A stretch of DNA of 62,085 nt, the filler included, from Vannella sp. (lineage: Eukaryota), in the NCBI GenBank assembly GCA_023345925.1. It is 7 parts of 7 records of this genome, joined end to end, with 100 filler letters (N's around TTAATTAATTAA, not from the genome) between each part and the next. Parts side by side here need not be neighbours in the genome. Positions count along the whole stretch, not along the records: positions 40,583 to 53,991 come from JAJQQN010000438.1; positions 54,092 to 62,085 come from JAJQQN010001003.1; 5 more parts are not named here. The stretch is one strand, 5' to 3'. The translations under genes and the position numbers were made by a program. Shown in pieces: positions 48,770-60,000 of this stretch. The notes under the pieces are model-generated. The model saw only the letters and a list, made by a program, of their open reading frames with translations, searched no databases and had not been told where the DNA came from. How positions within the stretch are numbered: the stretch's first letter is position 1; each line of letters starts with the position of its first letter.

Positions 48770-50904
48770 ATGGATGGCGACTTGGTGGCGGTCCGACTGA
48801 GTGGAGAGGAGGAGATGGAGGAGAAGGGCGGTCGCTTTGAAGGTGGAGAGGTGGAAATGGATGGGTTGCATGAGGGTGGAGGGGAGGACAGCCCTGTGTT
48901 GGTGATGATGAGCCGGGTGAGCGTGCTGGCCCCGTTTGTGAGGTGGTATCGGACGGAGGCGCGGGTTCGCTCTGTACTCTTGTTCTCTGCCTTCATTTTG
49001 GTGATAGTCTTGTGTGGCGCTGTTCTTTATGCTTCTACGTACCTGTTTACAGGCCAAACTGTCGAGGAACCCACCAACAACGACAAGTTCCACTTCATCA
49101 AGGTCAATCACGGTGGCGTTGCAGGAGATAACGAGATGGTACGCCATACAAGCACATCCTTATCTTCCTTATGACTCACATACGGTGATAGTGCGCCAAG
49201 ATAGGCACGGAAGTGCTTGAAAAGCTGAAAGGCAATGCGATCGATGCTGCCATTGCCGCCACGATCTGTGTAGGAGTAGCCCAACCCTTCTCATCCGGTA
49301 TAGGAGGAGGATGTGCCATGAAGTAAGCATCTTCTTACCCCCAATCATCCTCTACTCACGAGCTTTGGACAGCATCTACCTTGCGGATGAGAGGAAGACG
49401 ATCATATTGGATGCCAGGGAGACGGCACCTGCTTCAGCAAGTCAAGACATGTTCGTAGGACGGGAAATCAATGCTACAATAGGGCCACTGGCGACTGCGA
49501 CCCCGGCAGAAGTGATGGGACTCTTCGTACGTTCATATGTTTGAGAGAGCGTTGTCTCTGACCCTCAGATAGAGCGCATGGGAGAGATACGGCTCTGTAG
49601 ATTGGAATCTCCTCATTGAACCGTCCATTCCTATCGCTGAGGAGATGGTTGTGACCGAGTTGTTCATGAGGGAGCTCGCAGAGGTCACTTTTGATGTCGT
49701 ACAGCAGTGGGAGGGACTTGCAGAGCTTTACATTCGCGATGGAGAGTTCGTGAAGCCCGGAGACATCATCAAAAGGCCCAAACTAGCTCGCACACTAAGG
49801 CGGCTAGCAGAAGACGGAGCGATGGACTTCTATACTGGCTCGTTAGCCAATGACATCGTCACTGAACTACAGCAGGCAGGAGGGCACATCACAATGGAGG
49901 ATCTCGCAGACTATCGAGTCCAATGGCGCGAGCCACTCCGAGTGCCATACCAATACTTTGATCTTCACCTTGCTGGACCACCCTTTGGCGGAGCTGTCAT
50001 GGCTCTAGCTATGAACATCATTGAGCATGATGAACTCATACTGGACGACCCAGAGAGCGTCCACCTGTTGATAGAATCGTGGAAATGGGCTTTTAGTGAC
50101 AGAATGGTGCTCGGGGATCCGGCGTTTACTGCTGATATGGACGAGATATTGAACGCCTTTGTGTCTAAAGATCACGCACAGTCTCTACGCTCACGTATCA
50201 GTGCAACAAGGACCTTCCCAGTGTCTTATTATAGTGACTTGATGAACGTCACTCGTTCCTCGAAGGTGCTGGAGGACCATGGCACCATGCACTTGAACGT
50301 GGTCGACAGAAAAGGCAACTTGGTGGCTCTAACATCAACAATCAACCTTGAATGGGGCTGCAAGTACGTCGGGGCCATCACTGGGATCGTCTACAACAAC
50401 CAAATGGACGACTTTTCGACTGCTGGCTACGTCAATCACTTCGGTGTACCTCCCACAAGTCCCAATTACATCGCACCAGGGAAGAGGCCGATGTCTTCGA
50501 TGAATCCAACGGTCATCACGAAACGGGGGGATCCTGTGATGGCTGTGGGAGCATCTGGAGGCACTAGGATCATCACATCACCCATGCAGGCGATCTTGAA
50601 CGTACTTTCGTTCGGTCTGGACGTTGGAAAGGCCATTGGCCTCTCCCGAATTCACGAGCAGCTCCTTCCGGACACTCTTTCTGTCGAAAGGGGGTACAGC
50701 CAGGACCTCTTAGACTCTCTCGCAGAGTACGGACACGATAACGTAAGCTTTTACCTTCCCCAATGCGGTTGCTGACCCCGACCGTCACCTCAGATCACGT
50801 GGAAGAACGTGCTGGCGTGCTCTTCGATGATTTACTTGCCCCAGACGGGAGAGTATCACTTAGCTAGTGACTGGAGGAAGCGAGCTGCACCAGCAGGTTA
50901 CTAG
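48770..50904 (+). CDS. GGT: Gamma-glutamyltransferase (type II membrane), several exons
   Basis: N-terminal TM, GNAIDAAIA, SSGIGGG, LDARETAP, autocleavage site DHG|TMH, NNQMDDFS, PGKRPMSSM and GASGGTRI; ends RAAPAGY*. Confidence 0.94.
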
Positions 50905-50951
50905 AAAGGACATAAAAGGGCTGTATTGACAGTCAGAGGAGGGAGAGGGAC

Positions 50952-51356
50952 TCAAGCTTGGGGTTGGCCTTGGGGGATGAACATGAAGATCAGTCCAATG
51001 ATGAAAAGGACAAGTGCAACAGGCCAAAGGCATATCCAGAGGACGCCAGTGATGAATCCGATCAGGAGCAACACCAACGCCACCACCATGCACATCATTC
51101 CTTTGGTTTGATTTGCGTCGGCACTTTGGATCCTACGGCGTGTCAGAAGCTGGCGTGAAACACAGGAGAATGGAACCTACACAATGGTGGGGGCGTGGCC
51201 GTGGCTTTGGCTCTGCTGGGGAGGGCTGCGTTGTTCCTCATAAGCGGGAACGTCCGATTTGCCGAGGTTGATGCTCGCTGATTTTTCCTCGTCCATCACG
51301 TACGCTGGAGGCGTCTCCTCATACACCGCTGGGTTGTAAGCGGGAGGCGAGTCCAT
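50952..51356 (-). CDS. Small two-TM protein with PPxY motifs, 2 exons
   Basis: Exon 1 MDSPPAYNPAVYEETPPAYV...VPAYEE, a GT-AG intron about 51133-51180, then exon 2 IQSADANQTKGMMCMVVALVLLLIGFITGVLWICLWPVALVLFIIGLIFMFIPQGQPQA*. Confidence 0.75.
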
Positions 51357-51501
51357 GACGCACCAATTAAAAAATGAGCACAGATTTCCGTTTTGGGAGT
51401 GACGAAACATATTTTTGGATTTCCGAGAATTTTTAAATAAATTTGTCATTTCGATTGTTTTGAAGCACTTTATGTCATCTCAAGGAAGGTGGTTTGGCTC
51501 A

Positions 51502-53991
51502 TCAATCGCAAATCGGGCAGATACCATCTTCAAGTTCTTCAAAGCACTCTGGGCACGAATTGCCTTGGAAGAGGAAAGAGGCCATCGGAGCGGGAACCAC
51601 ATTGGATTGTTGTTCAAGATGGGGGATGGGGACAGGAGCGGGATTTGCAGGTTGGTATGAGGTGTCAGGAGAGGATACGGGGGTTCGCACAACTGGAAGG
51701 GGACTGGAGAAAGGGGACGGCAATGAAGAAGTCTGAACTGCTGGCTCCACGCTCAAATGAAGGAAGAGTAGAGAGACGTTCTTCACTGCGGCGATGGTAT
51801 TTAATCGCTCAATTCGCGAGCCACTGGCCCTGTACCAAGATGATAAACCATTTACCACTGCACTGTATCGAACTCCCCACGCAGGGCTCGTCGCACAGAC
51901 CGCAGCGAAGGGAGTAATAGTGCAAGAGTAAAGAGCGTCATCAGAGACCTGAATAAAGCGGCTCAGATCGAGACCGCCCTCAAACGCACCAAAAACACAA
52001 TTCTCCTGGTTCGACTGGGAGGGCTTCAATCCAATAGCCAGAGTATAAGTACCTGCTTCTGGTCTCAATCTTAGAGATCCTTGCTGTTGAGACATCTCAT
52101 TACAATGAGGACAGGGAGCTGGCGGGGGCTGGAAGTAATCTTGAATAATCTCTGAAAGCCTGGCGCCTTGTTTGGGCACATTCATGGTAATGAAACAACT
52201 ATCAGTCACTTCCTGACCACAGCAGGGCCAGTACCAAGCGATTGGATGCTGAAGATACTTAACCAAAGCTGCTCCCTCCAAATCCTCCATTGATTCTTCC
52301 ATTAAATGAGGAAGAAGCGCATTAGCGTAAAAGTCTAAGGGACTGTGGATCTGCTGGTCAAACCAGCTCTCGGAATCCTGAAGACACCCCATTCTCTTGA
52401 TCATTCCACTAAGGTGAACGCTCCTGGTCGCATCAGAGCTGGTCAGTTTCAAGAAACGTGCCAATTCACAAGAAAGAGATGCTGAGGGCGTTCGGTGGAG
52501 GAGGGAGCATAACTCAGTATCCGACGCTAAGCATTGAAGCAATGATGCCAGCCACCACATATTTTGATTACAAGTTATCCCAATGAATGGTGGGCGAGTG
52601 GATGCTTGTCCAGCAAGGTCGAAAGCCATTGCAAAAGCAGGTCGAGCTTTGTCAGTCTTAGTGGCGGAGAGCCTCTTAGGGGGAAGAATAGACTTTTCTG
52701 GTGTCGAGAGATCACGTGTTGGGCGGGATTGCCACTCCTTGTAGGGTTCACAGTCCTGATAACAAGCTTGGTGAATAGATTGAGCAGTGAGGAGTTCTCC
52801 TTCAAAACGCAGCAACCAAGAAAGGAAGTTCCGTAGTTGGCGGAACTCCAATGTTGGTGGAACTAAAGCTTCCAGTGGGACTGATAGATGCCGATCCCAA
52901 TTTGGAGCGACAAAGTCTCTGATCTTCTCGGTGTTATCCAAAGTCTTTGGAGGAGAGGATACAAGAGCCATTAAGCTTTTGAGTGCTTCAATGAGGTCGT
53001 CTTGCTCAAAGACCTTCGCCGCTTCTTGCAGTTCATTTAGCTCTCTTAGCTCGTTTTCGGAAAGCGAGTCCATTTTAAAAGCATCGGGAAGCTGGGGGAG
53101 AAGCCAATGTCTGCTGTGGTACAAATCTGAGACCAATATACAAAGCCCTATCAATTGATTGACTTGGCCCTTTCGTACTACAAACTTCATCTTTGAGGGG
53201 ACCTTGTTCCCAAAGAATTTTTGAGCAGAGAGCTTTCTGTCAGACTCAGAGAGGGGGTCTCCACTTGCATGGCGCAACAAAGTGTCACTCATTAGTTGGA
53301 TAAGATCTAAAATGTCCTTCTCTTCGTAGCTACTGCTAGATTGCAGAACAATAGCGCGGTCTTTCATTGGGATTGGAAGATCCAGCCCGCCAAAGGATAC
53401 GGCTTGGAATAAGTGGACAAAGCCACCAATTTTGCTGTTCTTCAGTTGCTTTAGATGATCGCTCAGAGTGCTATCTGGACAAATGGCAGATTGCTCAATA
53501 ATAGAAGAACGGTCGTCCACAAGGTTGGGTTGAGATTTTAGGGACTCTCGAGTTACCAAAGGCGTAATAAACTTCGTGACCGGGATGGTCGAAAGGCCTG
53601 ATAGCATTTGAATACAATCCCACTCGATTTTGGCAATGTCGAAGCTAATCGTTGCTTTGTCGGCGAATTGGCCAGTCAGCAATCGCCGAGTTGGAGGCTG
53701 GCGGTGTCGTAGTTTAGTACGTTCCAGCCATTCCCTGAATGGTAGAATTGCTGTGGCGAGTGAGATACTGGACACTTGCTGGAAGGCTAATGAAGAGAGA
53801 TCAACTTCGTCACTTGCAGTTTCGTCATCATAAAATAGCTCGCAGAACTCTCGAGGTTCATCGCAGTCAAAATCATTTGCAACGAGTGAGATAAGCTTGT
53901 TTTGATAACTGTTGACAATTTGCTCCAGCATCATGATTATGATCCCTTGATTCTCTGATGTTGAAAAGACCTCAGAAAGAAGGTTCTCCTG
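51502..53991 (-). CDS. RNF213-like C-terminal region fused to a degenerate USP (C19) domain and a C4 zinc knuckle, 5'-partial
   Basis: Open to the contig edge. GIIIMMLEQIVNSYQN, ISFDIAKIE and VPPTLEFRQL parallel the C-terminus of the 13356-18835 protein. USP-like boxes GITCNQNMWWLASLLQCL, QQIHSPLDF and FAAVCATSPAWGVRYSAVV; tail CPECFEELEDGICPIC. Confidence 0.65.
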   Translation of the reverse strand, partial: QENLLSEVFSTSENQGIIIMMLEQIVNSYQNKLISLVANDFDCDEPREFCELFYDDETASDEVDLSSLAFQQVSSISLATAILPFREWLERTKLRHRQPPTRRLLTGQFADKATISFDIAKIEWDCIQMLSGLSTIPVTKFITPLVTRESLKSQPNLVDDRSSIIEQSAICPDSTLSDHLKQLKNSKIGGFVHLFQAVSFGGLDLPIPMKDRAIVLQSSSSYEEKDILDLIQLMSDTLLRHASGDPLSESDRKLSAQKFFGNKVPSKMKFVVRKGQVNQLIGLCILVSDLYHSRHWLLPQLPDAFKMDSLSENELRELNELQEAAKVFEQDDLIEALKSLMALVSSPPKTLDNTEKIRDFVAPNWDRHLSVPLEALVPPTLEFRQLRNFLSWLLRFEGELLTAQSIHQACYQDCEPYKEWQSRPTRDLSTPEKSILPPKRLSATKTDKARPAFAMAFDLAGQASTRPPFIGITCNQNMWWLASLLQCLASDTELCSLLHRTPSASLSCELARFLKLTSSDATRSVHLSGMIKRMGCLQDSESWFDQQIHSPLDFYANALLPHLMEESMEDLEGAALVKYLQHPIAWYWPCCGQEVTDSCFITMNVPKQGARLSEIIQDYFQPPPAPCPHCNEMSQQQGSLRLRPEAGTYTLAIGLKPSQSNQENCVFGAFEGGLDLSRFIQVSDDALYSCTITPFAAVCATSPAWGVRYSAVVNGLSSWYRASGSRIERLNTIAAVKNVSLLFLHLSVEPAVQTSSLPSPFSSPLPVVRTPVSSPDTSYQPANPAPVPIPHLEQQSNVVPAPMASFLFQGNSCPECFEELEDGICPICD

Positions 53992-54091
53992 NNNNNNNNN
54001 NNNNNNNNNNNNNNNNNNNNNNNNNNNNNNNNNNNTTAATTAATTAANNNNNNNNNNNNNNNNNNNNNNNNNNNNNNNNNNNNNNNNNNNN
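53992..54091. other. Artificial contig linker
   Basis: N44-TTAATTAATTAA-N44. Confidence 0.99.
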
Positions 54092-54697
54092 GAGGAGTCT
54101 GCCGGCCTCAGAGTAGTATCGAACGACAGGGAGGCATTGCTCCTCGTGGGTCTTGAACCTCTACCCGTGTTGTGAGAACGAGGTCGTTTCAAACAGAGAG
54201 AGCAAGTACCTTCGCTCGGCTTATCTCATTGTCATCGGCTCGCTCCTTTCCAAGGAGCCTTGATGACTCGAAACGATGAGCCAGTCGCCGGGCAAGTAAG
54301 TCCTGCGGGGCATCAAAGTACAGAGTGAAGTTGCAGGGCGAGACTTCCTCCTCAAACTGCAGGGCTTGGTTGATCTGTCGAGGGAACCCGTCGATCAGAG
54401 CAACACTGGCGGAGCATGATGAAATGGCCTCTCGCAAGAGACCTATCGTGATCTCGCCGGGTATAATGCCTCCTTCCTTGAGAGTATCTCGAATGAGAGC
54501 TCCCTGGTCTGTGTCCGCGCGAGAGGCCTGGCGCAGCAGTTCCCCGGCAGAGAAATGCTGCACTTTGTGGGCGAAGGATTGCGCCAACAAGGCGCACTGT
54601 GTGCCCTTACCCACACCAGGACCTCCTACTCACGTTAGCTACACTCTGTTCCCCTTACGTACTCACCGAGTACGAAGACCAACGCTCTACCACTCAT
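54092..54697 (-). CDS. UMP-CMP kinase / adenylate kinase family, 3'-partial
   Basis: Spliced MSGRALVFVLGGPGVGKGTQC, HFSAGELLR, LIDGFPR and RADDN. Confidence 0.9.
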
Positions 54698-54781
54698 TCA
54701 AAGGGGAGGTTAAAAAAGGCTATAATAACTGCCAGAATTATTGTTTGAATGTATTTCATCTTTCTTTCATTACTTTGGGAG

Positions 54782-55203
54782 ATGGAAGCGACATCCACGG
54801 ACGACTACACCAAAGCTCTTATGAACGTGCTGATGCCTGCTGTGGAGGAGACTGATAACCGGTGAGGCGCAACAGTTGGGGAAGACATTGCACGTGGCTC
54901 ATGGTTACTCAGGGTTCGGACTCTCTTCGAAGCGCAGGAGATGTTGCAGAAAGAGATCCACCGCATGTCGAAAGGTATGTTTTTGTCTGTCCTTGAAGGA
55001 TAGCCTAACAAGGCGGCCTAGAACTTGAAACATTCGTTGAAACAGCTCAGGTTCCAGGACTCTCAGCTTACGCACAAAAGTTGGCCAACTCAAAGCAGCG
55101 GATGGACAACATCAATGCCGTCCTACAGCGTATACAAGAACGCATCTCCAAAATTGAGAAGAACTACGTCAAGAAGTCTCCTGCCACCATCCTCAACCAC
55201 TAG
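54782..55203 (+). CDS. SNAPIN: Snapin (BLOC-1/BORC subunit)-like coiled-coil protein, 3 exons
   Basis: Spliced MEATSTDDYTKALMNVLMPAVEETDNRVRTLFEAQEMLQKEIHRMSKELETF...AYAQKLANSKQRMDNINAVLQRIQERISKIEK. Confidence 0.75.
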
Positions 55204-55461
55204 TCGGGAAAGCTAACCAAAGTGGCGGGAAAATCTTCCACCAAAGCCTGTTTATTCATGCTGTCCTCCCATCAATTTTATAGATTCCGTATATGTTTTA
55301 TTGTTTGGGATACAATATTAAGGAGTTTTTGTTTGATGATTTTCAGGCGCGAAAATTCGGTTTTTTTACTTTTTGGTCGCCACGAGTAAGCTTGACCTAC
55401 CCTTGCTCTTTCGGATGTTTTACTCACTCAACGTGTGGTATCTTAGTCCACAAAAAACAAG

Positions 55462-56948
55462 ATGAGAGAGATCGTGCATATCCAATGCGGCCAGTGCGGT
55501 AACCAGATCGGTTCGAAGTTCTGGGAGACCATCTCAGGAGAACATGGGCTTGATCCCGCTGGTAACTACATCGGAACCGAGTCAAGCCAGGTGGAGAGAA
55601 TGAACGTCTACTTCAATGAGGCAAACGGAGGTACGTTCAACATCGACCCTTCGTCCTTTGTGACGTGGGTTAAATCGCCAAAATGGAGAGCTGTGTCTGA
55701 CGCTCCCTCCTCACAGGAAAATTCGTTCCCCGTGCCATCCTCGTTGATCTCGAACCCGGTGTCATCGACGCTGTCCGAAGCTCCCCCTTTGGCAAGCTCT
55801 TCCGCCCCGACAACTTCGTCTTCGGACAAAGTGGTGCTGGTAACAACTGGGCCAAGGGCCACTACACAGAAGGTGCTGAGATGGTTGATGCTGTGATGGA
55901 CGTTGTGCGAAAGGAGGTCGAGAATTGCGACTGCCTTCAAGGCTTCCAACTCACCCACTCTCTTGGAGGTGGAACCGGCTCTGGTCTCGGTACTCTCCTT
56001 ATGGCCCGAATCAAGGAGGAGTTCCCTGACCGAATGATGTGTACCTTCTCTGTTGTCCCCTCTCCTAAGGTTTCCGACACCGTTGTTGAGCCATACAACG
56101 CAACCTTGTCCGTTCACCAGCTGGTTGAGAACGCTGATGAGGTCTTCTGCATTGATAACGAGGCTCTCTACGATATCTGCAACCGCACTCTTAAGCTCCC
56201 CACCCCCACTTACGGCGACCTGAACCAACTTGTCTCAGCTGTCATGAGTGGTGTCACCTGCTCCCTGCGTTTCCCTGGTCAACTGAACTCTGACCTCCGC
56301 AAACTTGCTGTGAACTTGGTCCCCTTCCCACGTCTCCACTTCTTCCTGGTTGGCTTTGCCCCTCTGTCCTCTCGCTCTGGTGTCGGATACCAGTCCATGA
56401 CTGTCAATGAGCTTACTTCTCAAGTCTTTGACTCCAAGAACATGATGGCCGCCTCTGATCCTCGTCTTGGCCGCTACCTCACCGCCTCGGTCATGTTCCG
56501 AGGAAAGATGCCAATGAAGCAAGTTGACGAGCAAATGCTTGCCGTCCAGAACAAGCACTCTCACCTCTTCGTGGACTGGATTCCTAACAACATCAAATCC
56601 TCCGTCTGCGATATTCCCCCCAAGGGCATGAAGATGAGCGCCACCTTTGTTGGTAACTCGACCTCGATCCAGGAGCTTTTCAAGCGTGTTTCCGAGCAGT
56701 TCTCCCTCATGTTCAGCCGCAAGGCTTTCTTGCATTGGTACACCAGCGAAGGCATGGAAGAGATGGAGCTCACCGAGGCTGAGAGCAACATGAATGATCT
56801 GATCAATGAGTACCAACAGTACGAGACTGCCCAGATCTCTGATGACGAGTACGAAGTCGAGGAAGGACACGACGACTTCCTGTACGAGGAAGGAGACGCC
56901 GAGGCTGAGCACGCAGAGGCCGTTGAAGGCGATTTTGATGATTTCTAA
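55462..56948 (+). CDS. TUBB: Beta-tubulin (divergent), one intron 55631-55716
   Basis: [53 protein letters not shown] and an acidic tail. Confidence 0.98.
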
Positions 56949-57045
56949 ATACAAGTTCATTCTCAATCCGCTTCTTCGTAATGTTCGAAGTTGAGAGAAG
57001 CCCTGAACGTCAAAACGAATGCTTCAATTTCTGTTCCCAACGCGG

Positions 57046-60000
57046 ATGAGCCGCCCTGCAGCGGCCACCTTTGTCTTGAAGGAGGGACCTTCCCTGCGGA
57101 GATGTACGACACTTAGTAACCCTGCTCAGATGGAGGCCATTAGTTCAGTGGTGGCCAAGTTGACAGGAGAGGGCCATTCCCCTCCTCATGTTCCCTCTTC
57201 AACAAGTTTGGAATACCTGGAGAGCGCCTCAACAAAGGAAGATGACTCTCTCGACTCTCCCATGCGACAGAAGAGTAAGTGTACCCTCTTCCTTCCAGGG
57301 AGTAGCTCACAAGAGACAAACAGAGAAGGGCATCATGGGCTCCTTCCGGTTGAAGAGGAAGGCCCCTGGGGCAGCCACCCCAAACACCCCAGATACACCA
57401 CAAACACCTGAAAAGTCAGATTCCCTGACGTCCCTCGTCATGGTGGGAACACTCCTTCAAGGACGAGCGGCGCAAGCGGAAGACTTAAAGGAGCTCCACA
57501 AGATCCTTCTTAACAGCGAGCCAAGCGAACTTGAACCCCTTCAGACAAGCGAAGGTGCGACACTACTATTCCGCCTGCTCTGCCCAGCAGAGAGAGTTGT
57601 CTTGGCCGAGCGACATGCCGAGTTGTTCCACCAAGTGCTTCTCTGCCTTCTAACCTACATGAAGGAGCCCTCTCATGCAGCTTCTATCGTCAAAAGCCTG
57701 TCAGAGGTCCAGGACATTGAGTTCTTCGCGGACGAGCTTGTGGAAGGTACATCAGCTTTGGGATCCCCTGCCACGCCCACAGGAAGCCGACGCCAGAAGC
57801 GCCAATCAATCAATGGAACTGACCAAATCCTGAAGAAAGCAGCGACTATCGCTGAGATCCCTTGCTCCCCCTCTACGGGAGAACAGGATGTTGAACGAGC
57901 CAAACAGACGAGGAGGGTGTCCTTCTTGGAGATTCTCGTGTCTCTCTTCCAGTTGGTAACTCAAGAGAAGCATCAAAGCAAGCCTGCTCACCGTCATTTG
58001 ATCCCCGCTCTCATTCGACTCTTCAACGCCATCTGCAGGCAGCCAATGGGGGCCGAAACTCTTCTCAATGAGCTTCAACGGATTGAGAGGTTCCACATGA
58101 AAGAGTCGATAGCTGCGAGCTCTCCATCTGTCTCACGAAGGAACAACAGTGAAGAGACCAAGCGACAGGGGGCAATCCGCACTTCATTCCTTCGCCCTTT
58201 AATCGATCCTCTTCGACCAACTGACTCTCCCTTTGAGGTAGGAGGACACTTTGAAGAGCACTTGAACTTATGTGATGTAGGCTGGATACTGGAACCTGTT
58301 GAATTGTCTTCTTCATGGACTACCGTCCACCGAGCTCCGTTTCGAGGTGGAGAACCTCGCCTTGCAGCTTGGTGCACTCCCTCTTCTCTTGGTATGTCCT
58401 CCCATATTGCATTGATTAGTCTCTCATGTTGTGAAGAGAGGAATGCAGCGCACAGAGGGAGCAGAAGAGGGAGAGCCACTTAAAGAGCAACTCGATATCT
58501 TCCGCTATTACCTCGATGATGACTATCAAACTATCCTCAAGACTGCACCTTCCTCTCAGAAGAGCGGTGAAGAGTACACTTTGACTGTCTCCTTGCCCCA
58601 TTTGTCGCGAAAGCCCACATTGGCCATCCGGCAGCCATCAGGAGGTGCGGCCCCTGATGCAGAGGAGAAGAAAGAGGAGATTTTAACTACACTCGTGACT
58701 TACACGGAGGCCTCTCGAGTGGCAGATGTGATCGAAAGAGCCGTTACCAAACAGCATTATCTCACTTGCTCTGACGAATCGCTTTACATGCTGGCTCACT
58801 TGTCAGAGTTTTGTCTCTTCATTGGAGATGACTCTGTTCAGGACCATTGTTATTACAGCGGCCGGTGTCTGATGGACGACCAATTGACTATGGCACAAAA
58901 CAATTTGAAGGGAGACTATGCCGTTACGATCGATATGATCCCCTGGAACATCAATTTGAACCTTTCGAATGTGGTTGAGCCTGGTTCTAACAAACCAGCG
59001 TTCTGTTCCATCTTGGTCAATCCTTCGGATCCTATTTCTGTGGCAGCTGAAAGGCTGGCAGCAGAGTATTGCGTTGAGAAGTCTCCTGATACTCTTTCTC
59101 TGGTTGACCCTGATGGTGTTGTAGCAGCTGCACGACCTGCTGAGCCATCCTTTCACTGGGTAGAGAAATCTTGTTGGCTGAAACTCTCACGGACTTGGAC
59201 CGCTTACATGGGGCTCAGGGCAACTGATCTTGGCAGTGCTCAAAACATGCTGATCTTTGCCCCTCGCTACAGACCTCTCCCCATCAAGTTTGGGACCAAA
59301 ACAGCAGAGTTGGAGTGGCTTGATTTGGCAGGAGGTGTGAAGCAGATTCTCGCTCAAATTCAAACCAGATTTCAGATTCCCAAGGAGGAGAGAAGTGAAT
59401 ACGGTCTCTTCCTGTTCCCTCTTCCTCAAGCAGATGATTGTAGCGCTCGAACAACCCTGATTGCTGCCGAGCGTGGCTGGTCCAAGGAGGAGAAGAGTCC
59501 GGGCACATTCTTATTATCCGAAAAGTGCTCTCTGAATGACATTGTTGATCGCTTTCCTCAACGCAACTTCCTCTTCGAAATTGCTAAGCATCCTCAGTAT
59601 CTAAGGGTTGCTGCTCGCCTCTCACAGTGCCAAACGGAGGAGAGGCAGGTGCTTGTGTATTACCAGAAACCTGTGCGATTCCTACTTGGCGTAATGCGGT
59701 CAGTGTTTGGCATCAAAGAGTCCGTTTCCTTCTCCTTGGGTCTCGCGAATCCAGAACTGGAAACAAATCCGGAAGCGTTCCCGTATGTGCCTCTTCAGAT
59801 GCAGCATTCTCTTCACGCACAAGGTGTTGTCTCTTCTACATGCGTCTTTGTGTGCCCTCCATTGCCAAGCACCGATCCATTTGATGATAGCGCCAATCTT
59901 TGGCAGATTGAGTTAACGCCAGACAGCTCATCGACCCTCCAGAAGGAAGACGGAGGTTTGGAGATGAAGGCTGGAACGCTGAATATTCTCGTGCGCCACC

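Noticed and set aside
10752..54091. Six identical TTAATTAATTAA palindromes flanked by N runs, as a biological repeat or excision signal
   Set aside because: Each is exactly 100 bp, has stops in all frames and cuts genes mid-CDS, so they are contig-joining linkers. Neighbourhoods across them, including the two RNF213-like genes, are not physical linkage.
55608..56966. Long antisense ORFs opposite beta-tubulin (similarly 652-1404, 17676-18374, 26407-27240, 34258-34959)
   Set aside because: Shadows of real genes on the other strand, with no recognisable motifs.
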